From positions 1,600,001-1,664,000 of the forward strand of contig CBDCOH010000002.1 of NCBI GenBank assembly GCA_965219685.1: DNA of 64,000 nt, given 5' to 3'. Of the stretch, positions 10,111 to 19,804 are shown one piece after another (position 1 is the stretch's first letter; every line of letters starts with the position of its first letter). This DNA comes from Candidatus Spongiisociaceae bacterium. Lineage in GTDB: Bacteria > Actinomycetota > Acidimicrobiia > Spongiisociales > Spongiisociaceae. Below the pieces are notes generated by a model that made no database searches, was not told where the DNA came from, and saw only the letters and a list, made by a program, of their open reading frames with translations. The position numbers and the translations under genes were made by a program.

Positions 10111-11174
10111 CCGCCGTCCTGGCCGCCGGTGGACGACGGCGCCACGACCCAGATCTTGTCCGGATCGAACCGCACCGAAACCTCGTCCCCGTCGCTGAAC
10201 TCCCTCACCCGGCCCGGATCGGTTATGGCTTCGATCTCGGTGTCCCCGATGGCGACCCGGAAACGGGCATAGCGTCCGACGTAGACATGGGAACGGACCG
10301 TCCCCCGGACGCTGTTCTCCCCCTCGGAACCCAGGTCCAGCGCCTCCGGACGGATGCTGAGCACCGCGTCGCCGCGAGCCACCGAGGAGCGCGGCGCCCG
10401 GAACCTGCCGACCGCGGTGGTGATCGCACCCTCGGCGTACTCGCCGGGGATGAAGTTGGTACCCCCGAAGAATTTGGCGATCTCGGTGGTCCTGGGAGTC
10501 TCGAAGAACGCGTCCGGAACGTCGAACTGCTGGAGGCGGCCGTCGAACAGAAGGGCGATCCTGTCGGCTAGGACCACCGCCTCCTCCTGGTCGTGGGTGA
10601 CGAACACGGTGGTGATGCCCATCTCGGTCTGGATGCGGCGGATCAGCTCGCGCATCTCGTCCCGCAGGTGAGCGTCGAGGTTGCTGAGCGGCTCGTCGAG
10701 CAGCAGCACATTGGGCTGCACGATCAGGGCGCGGGCCAGCGCGATCCGTTGCTGCTGCCCACCGGAGAGCTGGCGGGGCTTGCGCTCCTCGAAACCCGGC
10801 AACTGGACGAGGTCCAGCATGTCGCGCACCCGGGACTTGATCTCCTGGCGGTCCACCTTTCGCATCTTGAGACCGAAGCCGATGTTCTCGGCGATGGTCA
10901 TGTAGGGGAAGAGGAGATAGTTCTGGAAGACCATCACCGCTCCCCGGTCCTCGGGAGGGATGCTGAGGATCGAGCGACCGCTGAAGCTGATGTCGCCCGA
11001 GGTGGGCCGGAGCAGGCCCGCGATCATCTTCATGGTGGTGGTCTTGCCGCATCCGGACGGCCCGAGGAGAGCGGTGAGCTTGCCGGACTCGATCTCCAGA
11101 TCCAGCCGGTCGACCGCCGGAGGGGACTTCTCGTCGAACCGCTTGGTCAGCGCGCTGAGGGTTACCTGGGTCAT
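10107..11174 (-). CDS. ABC transporter ATP-binding subunit (PotA/YnjD-like)
   Basis: [29 protein letters not shown]-terminal TOBE domain. Confidence 0.95.
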   Translation of the reverse strand: MTQVTLSALTKRFDEKSPPAVDRLDLEIESGKLTALLGPSGCGKTTTMKMIAGLLRPTSGDISFSGRSILSIPPEDRGAVMVFQNYLLFPYMTIAENIGFGLKMRKVDRQEIKSRVRDMLDLVQLPGFEERKPRQLSGGQQQRIALARALIVQPNVLLLDEPLSNLDAHLRDEMRELIRRIQTEMGITTVFVTHDQEEAVVLADRIALLFDGRLQQFDVPDAFFETPRTTEIAKFFGGTNFIPGEYAEGAITTAVGRFRAPRSSVARGDAVLSIRPEALDLGSEGENSVRGTVRSHVYVGRYARFRVAIGDTEIEAITDPGRVREFSDGDEVSVRFDPDKIWVVAPSSTGGQDGG

Positions 11175-12049
11175 ATGTTTCCAATACCTCCTACGGCGGC
11201 GTTGTCTCCGGACAGGTAGCGGGAACTCAGTAGCAGGACGATCACCGCCGGCAGGATGAAGACCACGCTCAGCGCTCCGGCTATAGCCGGGTCCGAGCGA
11301 ACGAATCCGAACAGCAGTAGCGGCAGGGTCTGTACCTGCCCTCCCCCGATGAGCAGCGTCAGCACGTACTGGCTCCACGAGATTATGAACGCGAACAGGG
11401 CTCCCACCACCACGCCCGGGAAAATGGCCGGCAACGTGATGTGCAACTGGGTGGCCCACCGGCTCGCCCCCAGAGAGCGCGCCTGCAATTCGAAGTCGGT
11501 GTCGTAGTTGGCGAACACCCCGGACATCACCAGCGTCATGTAGGGGAGGGTGGGCACCAGGTGCACCAGGATGACACCGGGGATGCTGTTGGACAGTCCG
11601 GCTCTGATGAACAGCACGTGGATGCCAAGCACGACGGCCAGTCCCGGGACGATTATCGGGGCCAGGATCATCCACTCCACCAGCCGCTTGCCCCGGAACT
11701 CGTACAGGCCCAAGGCTCGGCCGGCCGGGACCCCTAGCAGGATGGACAGCACCGTCACCACCAGCGCGATGAGGGCGGTGTTCCACGCCACGCCGAGCAC
11801 GTCATTGTGAGGCGTGATCACCTCGGTCCAGGCACGGGCGCTGTACTCGGTGGGGAGGATGGCCGGATAGAACCACCGGAAACTGATCGACCAGATGAAC
11901 AGGGGAACTATGGGCGCGATCAGGAAGGCCAGCAAGCCGGTGATTCCCACCCACCGGCCGGTTATCCGCCAGCTGAAGCGGCGCTCCGAGGCTTCCGGTG
12001 CGACGGCACCTGCCGCGGCGCCGGGCGGCTCGATCCGAATGTCCGCCAT
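11171..12049 (-). CDS. ABC transporter permease
   Basis: EAA loop ELQARSLGAS and TM segments. Start at MADIR. Confidence 0.92.
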   Translation of the reverse strand: MADIRIEPPGAAAGAVAPEASERRFSWRITGRWVGITGLLAFLIAPIVPLFIWSISFRWFYPAILPTEYSARAWTEVITPHNDVLGVAWNTALIALVVTVLSILLGVPAGRALGLYEFRGKRLVEWMILAPIIVPGLAVVLGIHVLFIRAGLSNSIPGVILVHLVPTLPYMTLVMSGVFANYDTDFELQARSLGASRWATQLHITLPAIFPGVVVGALFAFIISWSQYVLTLLIGGGQVQTLPLLLFGFVRSDPAIAGALSVVFILPAVIVLLLSSRYLSGDNAAVGGIGNI

Positions 12050-12054
12050 CAGCC

Positions 12055-12975
12055 CTAACTCCGCACGTACCGGCGAGACACCTTCATGTACGCCAGGATC
12101 ATCAGGCTGCTCATCACCGCGATGACCATCGCCATCGCCATGGCCTGCGGCCGGGCGGCCAGATCGACATCGGTGTAGCTCTCGAAGGCCAGTACCGGCA
12201 GGGCCTTGGGGAAGGTGGCGCCGAGCAACCACGGGATCTCGAAGGCGCCGAACGTGAAGGCGAAGACGATGACCGAGGCGGACACCACCCCGGGCATGAT
12301 CAACGGCAGGGTCACGTTGCGGAAGGCCTGCCATCGGTTGGCGCCCAGCGAACGGGCCACCGACTCGTAGTCCTCCCCCACCGACAGGAGGATCGCCAGG
12401 ACGATCACCCCGATGAACGGGATCTCCTTCCACACGTACTGGATGATGATGCCGATCGCCCAGGGATCGTTGACCATGGCCGGGAAACCCTGCGGGCTGT
12501 CTATCAGGCCGGCCCCCGTGGCCAGGCGGGAGACGAGGCCGCTACCAGAGAACAGGTAGAGAACGCCCACCGCCCCCACCAGGTGGGGAATGGTGAGGTT
12601 GAGGGAGAAGATGAACTGGACGAAGCGCTTCCCCCGGAAGGCGGGCCGGAGGAGCATCGCCGAAGCCACCGCCAGGATGCTGGCGATGAGCGTGGATGTG
12701 AAGGCGATGTGGAAGGTGAGGACGAAGCTCCGGATGAACCCGTTGTCGGTGAAGATGGTGGTGTAGGCCTCGAAGTTGAAGTCGTTCAGTCCGATCAGAG
12801 GGAAATAACCCAGGCTACGCAGGAAGCCGGTGATCAGGCCCCCCATGAACAGGAGAAGGATCACCAGGATGGCGGGCGTCAGGAGCAGCGCGATGGTGAG
12901 GCGCTGCGCGGCCTTCTCCGACAGGCTCGCACGCCTCAGCCGAGGTGTCTTAGACACCGGCTTCGGCCATTTCAT
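12055..12975 (-). CDS. ABC transporter permease (YnjC-like)
   Basis: WKEIPF, ESVARSLGANRWQ, FTFGAFEIP. Confidence 0.92.
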   Translation of the reverse strand: MKWPKPVSKTPRLRRASLSEKAAQRLTIALLLTPAILVILLLFMGGLITGFLRSLGYFPLIGLNDFNFEAYTTIFTDNGFIRSFVLTFHIAFTSTLIASILAVASAMLLRPAFRGKRFVQFIFSLNLTIPHLVGAVGVLYLFSGSGLVSRLATGAGLIDSPQGFPAMVNDPWAIGIIIQYVWKEIPFIGVIVLAILLSVGEDYESVARSLGANRWQAFRNVTLPLIMPGVVSASVIVFAFTFGAFEIPWLLGATFPKALPVLAFESYTDVDLAARPQAMAMAMVIAVMSSLMILAYMKVSRRYVRS

Positions 12976-13045
12976 GCTCCATGATGCACGGGGCGCTTCC
13001 TCGCTCCACGTCAGGGACGGTTAGTAATTGAGGTTCGGGCGGGAC

Positions 13046-13081
13046 GGGGGGCCGGCGAGGCGTTACCAACCGCCGACCCCC
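13046..13081 (-). terminator. GC-rich stem-loop between the SBP and permease genes
   Basis: GGGGGCCGGCG ... CGCCGACCCCC inverted repeat just downstream of the SBP stop. Confidence 0.5.
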
Positions 13082-13098
13082 AGTCTCCGAACCGCTCG

Positions 13099-14562
13099 TT
13101 ATTGCTGGGCTACGTTCGCGTTCCAGCCTTCCTCGATGGCCGGTACCCAGTCGCCGAGGAGTTCACCCAGCGAGCTGATCTGTCCCGGATCGACCACCGA
13201 CGGGTGTCGGGGCACGTCGGCGAAGTGCGACTGCGCCGCCGAGTTCAGCACGTTGATCTGACCCCAGACGTCGGGATAGGCCTTCTCCAGCTGACCGTCA
13301 ATGCTCAGCAACAGGTCCGCCACCACCAACGCCGCCGCCTTGTTGGGCGAGTTGTAGGGGATGGTCACGAAGTTGGTGTTACCGATCTGGCCGCTGTCCA
13401 AGCCGTACGTACGGGTCGACTCGGGGAACAGGCCGCTGTCGACCTTGGAACCGGCCGACGCCGGTCCGTAGGCCAGGAAGTGGCTGACTTCCTGGTTGGC
13501 GTACAGCTGCTCGAGGGCAGGCTGGTCCACCGGGTAGGTCTCTCCACCGCGCCACAGGCAGGGCTCGACCGCGTTGAGGGTCGCCCATGTGGCAGGCGCC
13601 ACCTGGTCGTAGAGCGCCTGGTCGAACGGGATCCCGATCATGTCGGCGTGCCCACCGGGCAGGATCTTGTCTGCCTCGTTGTAGAACACGTGCCGCACGA
13701 ACACGCTGCCGGTGAAGTCCGGCGGCGCCGGGTACGTGAACGTTCCCGGGTTATCGCAGGCATAGGCCAGCAAGGCGTCCATGTCGGCCGGCGGATTGGG
13801 CAGCAAGGCGCTGTTGTAGAACACCGCCGACTGGGCCTGGTTCCACGGAACCTCGCACTCGTCCACCGGGGTCCCGAAGTCGAAGGCGATTGGTCCTGCT
13901 TGCTGGTCCACGTTGGCCATGCTGGGCATGATGTCCCAGTAGCCGCAGAACAGCAGACCGGCGTTCTTCATCGTCTTGAAGTTCTCGCCGTTGATCCAGA
14001 TCAGGTCCACGGAACCGCTGGCGAACTCACCGGCCTCGGTCTCGCTGATCACAGTGTCCACCGCGTTGACGGTGTCGGTGATGCGCACCTGGTTCAGGTC
14101 GATGCCGTAGCGTGCGGCGGCCTGCTCCTTGACCCAACCGTTGATGTAGGCGTTGATGACCGCGCTACCGCCCCACATGAACCAGTTGAGCCGCGTGCCT
14201 TCGGCCTCGGCCACGATCTCGTCCCACGACATGCCGGCCAACCGGGAGTCACCCAGGTCCAGAAGACCAGGTCCGGAGGGTCCCATCGGCTCGGCCTCGA
14301 CCGGAACCTCGACCTCGACCGTCTCGGTGACGACCACTTCCTCGGTCACGATGACTTCGACTTCCTCGGTCACGATGGAGGTAACCACGACCTCCTCGGT
14401 CACGACCACTTCCTCGGTGACAACCTCGGTCTCGGTCACGATCGAGGTCACCACAATCGTCTCCGGAGCGGCTTCCTCGGTACCACACGCCGCCGCTACC
14501 AGTGCCATCACGGATATAAGAACGGCTAGGCGCGGGAGTGTCTTGCGTAGTGTTGACTTCAT
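13099..14562 (-). CDS. ABC substrate-binding lipoprotein (YnjB-like) with V/T/E-rich N-terminal stalk
   Basis: LVAAAC lipobox, WFMWGGS, DLIWINGENF, FTYPAPPDFTG, GNTNFVTIP.NS. Confidence 0.9.
   Translation of the reverse strand: MKSTLRKTLPRLAVLISVMALVAAACGTEEAAPETIVVTSIVTETEVVTEEVVVTEEVVVTSIVTEEVEVIVTEEVVVTETVEVEVPVEAEPMGPSGPGLLDLGDSRLAGMSWDEIVAEAEGTRLNWFMWGGSAVINAYINGWVKEQAAARYGIDLNQVRITDTVNAVDTVISETEAGEFASGSVDLIWINGENFKTMKNAGLLFCGYWDIMPSMANVDQQAGPIAFDFGTPVDECEVPWNQAQSAVFYNSALLPNPPADMDALLAYACDNPGTFTYPAPPDFTGSVFVRHVFYNEADKILPGGHADMIGIPFDQALYDQVAPATWATLNAVEPCLWRGGETYPVDQPALEQLYANQEVSHFLAYGPASAGSKVDSGLFPESTRTYGLDSGQIGNTNFVTIPYNSPNKAAALVVADLLLSIDGQLEKAYPDVWGQINVLNSAAQSHFADVPRHPSVVDPGQISSLGELLGDWVPAIEEGWNANVAQQ
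14290..14460 (-). repeat. Intragenic imperfect tandem repeat encoding (V)VTEEV
   Basis: Recurrent CTTCCTCGGTCACGA-like units. Protein reads VVTEEVVVTEEVVVTSIVTEEVEVIVTEEVVVTETVEVEV. Confidence 0.8.
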
Positions 14563-14729
14563 TTAGGGGTATCCCTCCTTGTCTGGTTCCTGCTCCGGCT
14601 GTGTTGCCCTTCTGAGTTCTCGGGGGTAGTCGTCGGCTCGCACGGATCCGGCTGGACCGCCCTCGTTCCTCTGTGGATTGCGCTCGGCCGGTGTGTCGGC
14701 GGCACGTATCGAATTGTCGCCGTCCGGCC

Positions 14730-15739
14730 TCAGACCGGCCTCGCGTCGCCTTCCTCCGGTATCCGGCCCAGAATGCGATAGAGGCGTCGCTCCGCGGCCC
14801 GCAACTCGTGGCCCATGTTCAGGTCTCTCACCCGTTCGAACTCGGGGAAACCGGCCTGCTGCTCGGCAGCCCACTCCCGGGCGAAGGAACCGTCCTGAAT
14901 GTGGGAGACGATGCCTCGCAGCCTCGCCCTCTCAGCCTCCTCGTCCTCCGGAGACAGACGGGCGGTTACTTCCTGCCCGTACTGGCTGGTCCGTGAATGT
15001 AGCGTTATCTGGTCCCAAAGGCCAATGTCACGGTATGCCTTGGCGGTTTCGATACCCTCGCCCGACGCGTAGAACTCGAGCATGGCCACCTCCGGGCTGC
15101 ACCCGGCCTCGACCAGCACCTCGCAGTAGCGCCGCACCGCGTACAGATACCCGACCTGCTCGGCGAACAGGTCGACCGTTGCCTCCTCGAGAAACTCGAT
15201 TCGATCACGCCCATGGTGGTCGAACCGATACCCTTGCAGAGAGCCAGGGTGCGTTGGCGGGCGAGGCCGGAGGCGTCCTGGTGAACGGCGATCAGGCTCG
15301 GGAAGCCCTCGCCACTGATGAAGGTCTCGCGCACTCCAGACCCGATCATGCGGGGTGCGATCAACACGACATCAACGTCGGCGGGAGGCGTTATCAGGTC
15401 GAAGGCGATGTTGTAGCCGCTGGCGAACACCAGCATGTCGTCGCGGCGCAGACCGGGTGCGATGTCCCGCTCGAAGACGTCCGGCATCACCTCGTCGGGT
15501 ACGAGGAAGAACACAACCTGCGCCTTCCCCACCGTCTCGGCGACCGGGAACACGTCGAAGCCGTCCGCCAAGGCTGTCTCGTAGGAGCGGTCGCGGCGGC
15601 TGCCCACGATGACGCCCACCCCGCTGTCCCGCAGGTTCAGAGCCTGGGACCGACCCTGGTTGCCGTAGCCGACGATACAGACCTCCCGGGCGTCGAGATG
15701 ACGGAGGTCGGCGTCGCCGTCGAAATACATCCGGGCCAT
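14730..15739 (-). pseudogene. ilvC: Ketol-acid reductoisomerase (IlvC/KARI) family protein with a single-base frameshift near 15190
   Basis: GYGNQGRSQALNLRDSG and APRMIG in one frame. EEATVDLFAEQ, EFYASGE, HSRTSQYG and IQDGSFAREW in another. Adding one base at AGT TTC ^TC GAG fuses them; could be a sequencing error. Confidence 0.8.
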
Positions 15740-16791
15740 CAGCCGGATCCCCCGCTGTCTGCGCCGGCCCGGATCATCACTTTGACGGCCCCCGTGTTGG
15801 CGTCCAGCGAGGCCTCCATCGCCTCCGCGGCCCGCTCGAGCGGGAAACGGTGGGTTATGAGGAGTTCCCCGTCGATCTGCCCCGACGCCAGCAGGTCGAT
15901 GGCCTCGGGAAAGGCGTCCCGGCCGAGGTACACCGGAACCACCGTGGCTTCCTTCGACTGGGAGAGCATCAGGTTGAACGGGATCCGCTCCGCGATGTTG
16001 ACCCCCACCGCCACCACCGTTCCACCGGGCCGGACGAGACGCATAGCGGTCTCGAGAGTTCCGGGAGTCCCCACCGCCTCGAATGAGATGTCGGCTCCCA
16101 GCGGATCGGTCAAGCCCAGTATTTCGGTGTGATCCAGCCCGCCCACGTTTATGGCGGCCGTCGCTCCCAACCGCGTGGCAAGGTCAAGACGGCCCTGGTT
16201 GAGATCGGTGCAGTAGACGGCGCCGGCGCCGTAGGCCCGGGCCACCGCCAGCGTCAGCAGACCGATCGGCCCGGCGCCGACGATCATCACCGTGTCGCCC
16301 ACCCGGAGGCCGCTGCGACGCACCGCGTGCACCGCGATGGAGGTGGGCTCGACCAGAGCCCCGAGGGAGAACGGCATGCCCGGCGGAAGCCGGTGCGCTC
16401 CGCGGGCGGGCACCGCCACCAGCTGCTGCAGCGCCCCGTCGGTGTGGGGCGACCCGGTGAAGCGGATGTTCGGACACACGTTGTAGATCCCGCGCCTGCA
16501 CGCGTCGCAGTCGCCGCACGGGATGATCGGCTCGACGGCGATACGGTCACCCACCTCGACGTTCTCGACGTTCAAACCGACGGCAACCACGACGCCCGCG
16601 AACTCGTGGCCCAGCACGTGCGGCCGGAGGATGCGCCAGTCGCCGATCCGTCCGTCCTTGTAGTAGTGCAGGTCGGAACCGCAGACCCCCACCAGCCGGG
16701 GCGCCACCAGGACCTGGTCCGGTCCCGGTGCGGGCTCCGGACGCTCCTCGATCTCGAGTCCCCCCTCGGGAAGTAGAACCGCTGCCTTCAT
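15739..16791 (-). CDS. Zn-dependent polyol (sorbitol/xylitol-type) dehydrogenase
   Basis: GVCGSDLHY, GHEFAG, C..C..C.......C, GAGPIG. Confidence 0.9.
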   Translation of the reverse strand: MKAAVLLPEGGLEIEERPEPAPGPDQVLVAPRLVGVCGSDLHYYKDGRIGDWRILRPHVLGHEFAGVVVAVGLNVENVEVGDRIAVEPIIPCGDCDACRRGIYNVCPNIRFTGSPHTDGALQQLVAVPARGAHRLPPGMPFSLGALVEPTSIAVHAVRRSGLRVGDTVMIVGAGPIGLLTLAVARAYGAGAVYCTDLNQGRLDLATRLGATAAINVGGLDHTEILGLTDPLGADISFEAVGTPGTLETAMRLVRPGGTVVAVGVNIAERIPFNLMLSQSKEATVVPVYLGRDAFPEAIDLLASGQIDGELLITHRFPLERAAEAMEASLDANTGAVKVMIRAGADSGGSG

Positions 16792-16804
16792 ATCGATCGT
16801 TCTC

Positions 16805-17923
16805 TCAAGAGTCGCCCGGACCCGCCGTCCGACCCGAAAGGATCCGCTCTCGCTCGTCCAGCTTCATGATCAGGTCGTGGTAGATGGCGTCCCGGTCGAT
16901 GCCGACCGCTTCGAGCATCAAGGGCCCGTCCGGCCTCGCCCTCCAATAGAGGCCTCTGTCGAGCCGCGGGGTGGGCGCGGCCCTCGTCGGAACCCAGTCC
17001 CGGTCGATCAACCAAGCCACGTTGATGAGGTCCCAGATCACCCAGGACTGGCCGGGGAAAGACGTCACGCCTCGCTGGATGTGGATGGGGTTGTTGGTGT
17101 AGAGGTGATGCAGGTACTCCCCTATCTCGCCCTTGTCCCTGATCCAGGCCTCCATCTCCGGCAGGGAGAAGCGGAGTTGCGCCCCGATGTGGTAACCGGG
17201 CAGGTAGACGAGCGGAACTCCCGATGAGAAAAGGAGCCGGGACGCGTGGGGATCCTGCACCAGGTTGAGGGAGGGCCTGTTGGAGAGGTCCGTCCACGTG
17301 GGATACCCCGACGTCCAGGTGACCACCATGCGAGCGGCGATCTCAGGCGCCATGAGAAGCGCCGAGGCGACGTTGGTTACCGCCCCGATGGCCACCACGA
17401 ACAGGACCCGTTCATCGTCGGAGAGCGCCGCTTCGATGATCCGCTCAGCGCCCTCGCTCTCGACCGGCGTGTCGGCATCCGGCATGTACCGGTCGGAGCC
17501 GCGGTATACGAGGCCGTCCGCCCCCAATCCCATCTTGTCGAAGACCGTGATTATCTCCGCGTAGGAGAGCTCCATACCTTCGGCGGGACCGGTCAACTCC
17601 AGCGTGTCCGGGTCGATGCCTTCGGCAATCAGGTGCGTGACCCAGGTCTCGTACTTGTCCTCCACCAGGTCGGTACCGGTGTCCTCCTGCCGGGCCCTGA
17701 TCTCGGCGACGAGCTCCTCCCTCATGTGGAGGTGACCGTAGGGCGCGGCCACGATCGCCTCGACATCCATGCGGTCGGGGGACAGCATCGCCCAAGCGAT
17801 GGCGAACTGGTCGTCGATCTCGTTGGCGGCGTCGGTGTCGATCAGCACCCGCGCCGGACCGGGGCGGTCGGCGAACATCGCCATCCGGCGCGCGTCGGTA
17901 ACGCCAGGGAACTCGGTCATCAA
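16805..17923 (-). CDS. Inosine/uridine-preferring nucleoside hydrolase family protein
   Basis: IDTDAANEIDDQFAI, GAVTNVASA, NL.QD..A, VIWD. Confidence 0.88.
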   Translation of the reverse strand: MMTEFPGVTDARRMAMFADRPGPARVLIDTDAANEIDDQFAIAWAMLSPDRMDVEAIVAAPYGHLHMREELVAEIRARQEDTGTDLVEDKYETWVTHLIAEGIDPDTLELTGPAEGMELSYAEIITVFDKMGLGADGLVYRGSDRYMPDADTPVESEGAERIIEAALSDDERVLFVVAIGAVTNVASALLMAPEIAARMVVTWTSGYPTWTDLSNRPSLNLVQDPHASRLLFSSGVPLVYLPGYHIGAQLRFSLPEMEAWIRDKGEIGEYLHHLYTNNPIHIQRGVTSFPGQSWVIWDLINVAWLIDRDWVPTRAAPTPRLDRGLYWRARPDGPLMLEAVGIDRDAIYHDLIMKLDERERILSGRTAGPGDS

Positions 17924-18072
17924 TACACCTTCCAGGATCTGTGGTCGGATCTCCGCCGTGCGGGAAAGCCCAATCTACACCGTCCGAATTGCCCGACCTC
18001 CGAACCGATCAGGAACGAGGTCAGCAGAACTGAGCGTCTACGAGAGGCGGGCGAGCACCGTCGGTCTCGTAT

Positions 18073-18849
18073 TCATGGCATGCCTTCCGTTCCGGTTCTG
18101 GAGCCGATAGAAGCTCGTTCTGACAGCACCCCCGCCAGCAAGTGCTCGCCGCACCCGTCGCCGTCTCCCGGAAGCGGGAGCACCTCCGTTTCGAAACCGG
18201 CCTCTTCCAGGAACCGTACCCAGGTGGGGAGCGGGAACAGCCCGGTGTGGTGGACATCGGTCTCGACCCGCCTCCGCCCGCCCTGCTTAATGGTGTAGGT
18301 GATGACCGATTCGATCATGGTGTCGGTCGGGTCCGGGTCGGTGATCCGCTCCTGTACCTGCACCTCGATCCCGCCGGAGGTCGGCGGAATCGGCCATTGC
18401 AGCACCATCCCGTCCCGGAAGTTCTCACGCACCAGGTCGGGGGCGACGAGCAGCAGACCGCCCGGGCGCAGATGGGCGCGGGCCGTGGCGAAGGCGGCGC
18501 CCAGGTCGTCCTCGGTCACCATGTACGAGATGGCGTCGTGGATGAGAACCGCGTCGAAGACGGAGTCCAGCCGGATGGTTCTCATGTCGCCCTGGTGGTG
18601 CCGCACATCCGGGTTCAGGCGCCGGGAGTGTTCGAGCATGCGGGGCGACAGGTCCACGGCCTCCGCCTCGAAGTCGGCGGTCAAATGCGAGAGGTTGTGC
18701 CCCCCGCCCGCTCCGAGTTCCAGGATCCGGTGCCTGCCGGGACCCAGGCGGTTCCGGATGGCCCGGCGCCAGTAGCCGGCCTCCTCGGCGTAGTCCTCCG
18801 GCGGGCTCACGAGGGGCCAGAGGTAGGCGAGGTCGTCGTAGAGCCTCAT
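18073..18849 (-). CDS. Class I SAM-dependent methyltransferase
   Basis: ILELGAGGG, VDLSPRML, QGDMR, FDAV, HLRPGG. Confidence 0.9.
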   Translation of the reverse strand: MRLYDDLAYLWPLVSPPEDYAEEAGYWRRAIRNRLGPGRHRILELGAGGGHNLSHLTADFEAEAVDLSPRMLEHSRRLNPDVRHHQGDMRTIRLDSVFDAVLIHDAISYMVTEDDLGAAFATARAHLRPGGLLLVAPDLVRENFRDGMVLQWPIPPTSGGIEVQVQERITDPDPTDTMIESVITYTIKQGGRRRVETDVHHTGLFPLPTWVRFLEEAGFETEVLPLPGDGDGCGEHLLAGVLSERASIGSRTGTEGMP

Positions 18850-18892
18850 CCCCAGGTCCGGGAGACAGGAAGGGTCATGTTCTCGACCCCTT

Positions 18893-19804
18893 CTAACTCT
18901 TCCCGTGTGCGGAGCGGTCCGGCCAGGGGACGCCCTCCGATAAGGCGATTCCCCGTAGTTCGTCCAGCCGATCGGTGCCGCTCGACAGGCCCGCCTCGCC
19001 GGTGGCGGCCTCCCGCCAGACAGCCCGACCGGCCAGGAACCCCGAAGCGCCGGCGCGGCAGGCCGTTCGCAACTGCTCGCTGAACAGGCCGTAGTCGCCG
19101 CCTTCCGACAGGATCGTCCAGGGGACCGAGCTGAGCCGGTCGATCTCCCGGCAGGACTCGACCCACTCCCGGCCGGTCGCCGTTCGAGGACCCGGTTCGG
19201 GGAACTGGAGCTTCAGGACATCGGCGCCGAGAGGTCCGAAGATCCGCACTCCCTCCAGCACCGCCCGCTTCCTGTCAGCCGGCCTCCCGTACAGGGCCAG
19301 CGGCTCGCAGAACAGCGGCATCCCGGTCGCCTCGCACTGGGCCGCCACGTCGGTTACGAAACCCTCCGCCGCTGCGGTGTCGCGGTCGGGATCGAAGTAG
19401 ACCGAGATCTTCACGGCGTCCACATCCAACTCGGAGGCCCTTCGCACGTCCCACCCCGGCAGGAGACGTGGGGCGGTGATCACATCCTCGTAGTCGCCGT
19501 CCTCCATCCCGAGGATCAGGCCCGTACCGCTGAGGGCTTCCCTCTGGCCGGGGTCCAGGCCGGCGAGGAACGCTGGATCCACGAGTACCGCGCCCGCGTG
19601 GGCCGCCAGACCCTCCACGAGGGCCAGCTTGGCCGAGCGTATGTCGTCCGGGGTGAGCGCGTCGGGGTCGTCGGGCCGGACCGTGGTGGCGAAGGAGCGG
19701 ACATGGTCGATGGCCAGGACCGAAAAGTGGCCCGTGCCGGTGGCGACTCGGGCGAGGCGCGTGGAGCGGACTCCGTCACGCTCGCGGGTAGCACCTCCGC
19801 TCAC
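18893..19804 (-). CDS. Class I tagatose-1,6-bisphosphate/sulfofructosephosphate aldolase family (LacD/YihT-like)
   Basis: LAIDH, AVK, P.FCEPL, ADVLKLQFP, PW.ILSEG, GASGFLAGRAVW. Confidence 0.85.
   Translation of the reverse strand: MSGGATRERDGVRSTRLARVATGTGHFSVLAIDHVRSFATTVRPDDPDALTPDDIRSAKLALVEGLAAHAGAVLVDPAFLAGLDPGQREALSGTGLILGMEDGDYEDVITAPRLLPGWDVRRASELDVDAVKISVYFDPDRDTAAAEGFVTDVAAQCEATGMPLFCEPLALYGRPADRKRAVLEGVRIFGPLGADVLKLQFPEPGPRTATGREWVESCREIDRLSSVPWTILSEGGDYGLFSEQLRTACRAGASGFLAGRAVWREAATGEAGLSSGTDRLDELRGIALSEGVPWPDRSAHGKS

Noticed and set aside
8896-11184. Apparent long fusions in the ORF track (762 aa, 559 aa, 532 aa, 592 aa)
   Set aside because: The N-terminal extensions overlap upstream genes in another frame. 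True starts lie at stop/start overlaps.
18893-19804. A complete sulfo-EMP pathway
   Set aside because: No YihQ, YihS or YihV-like genes in the window, and the aldolase is 17 kb from the yihU-like gene.
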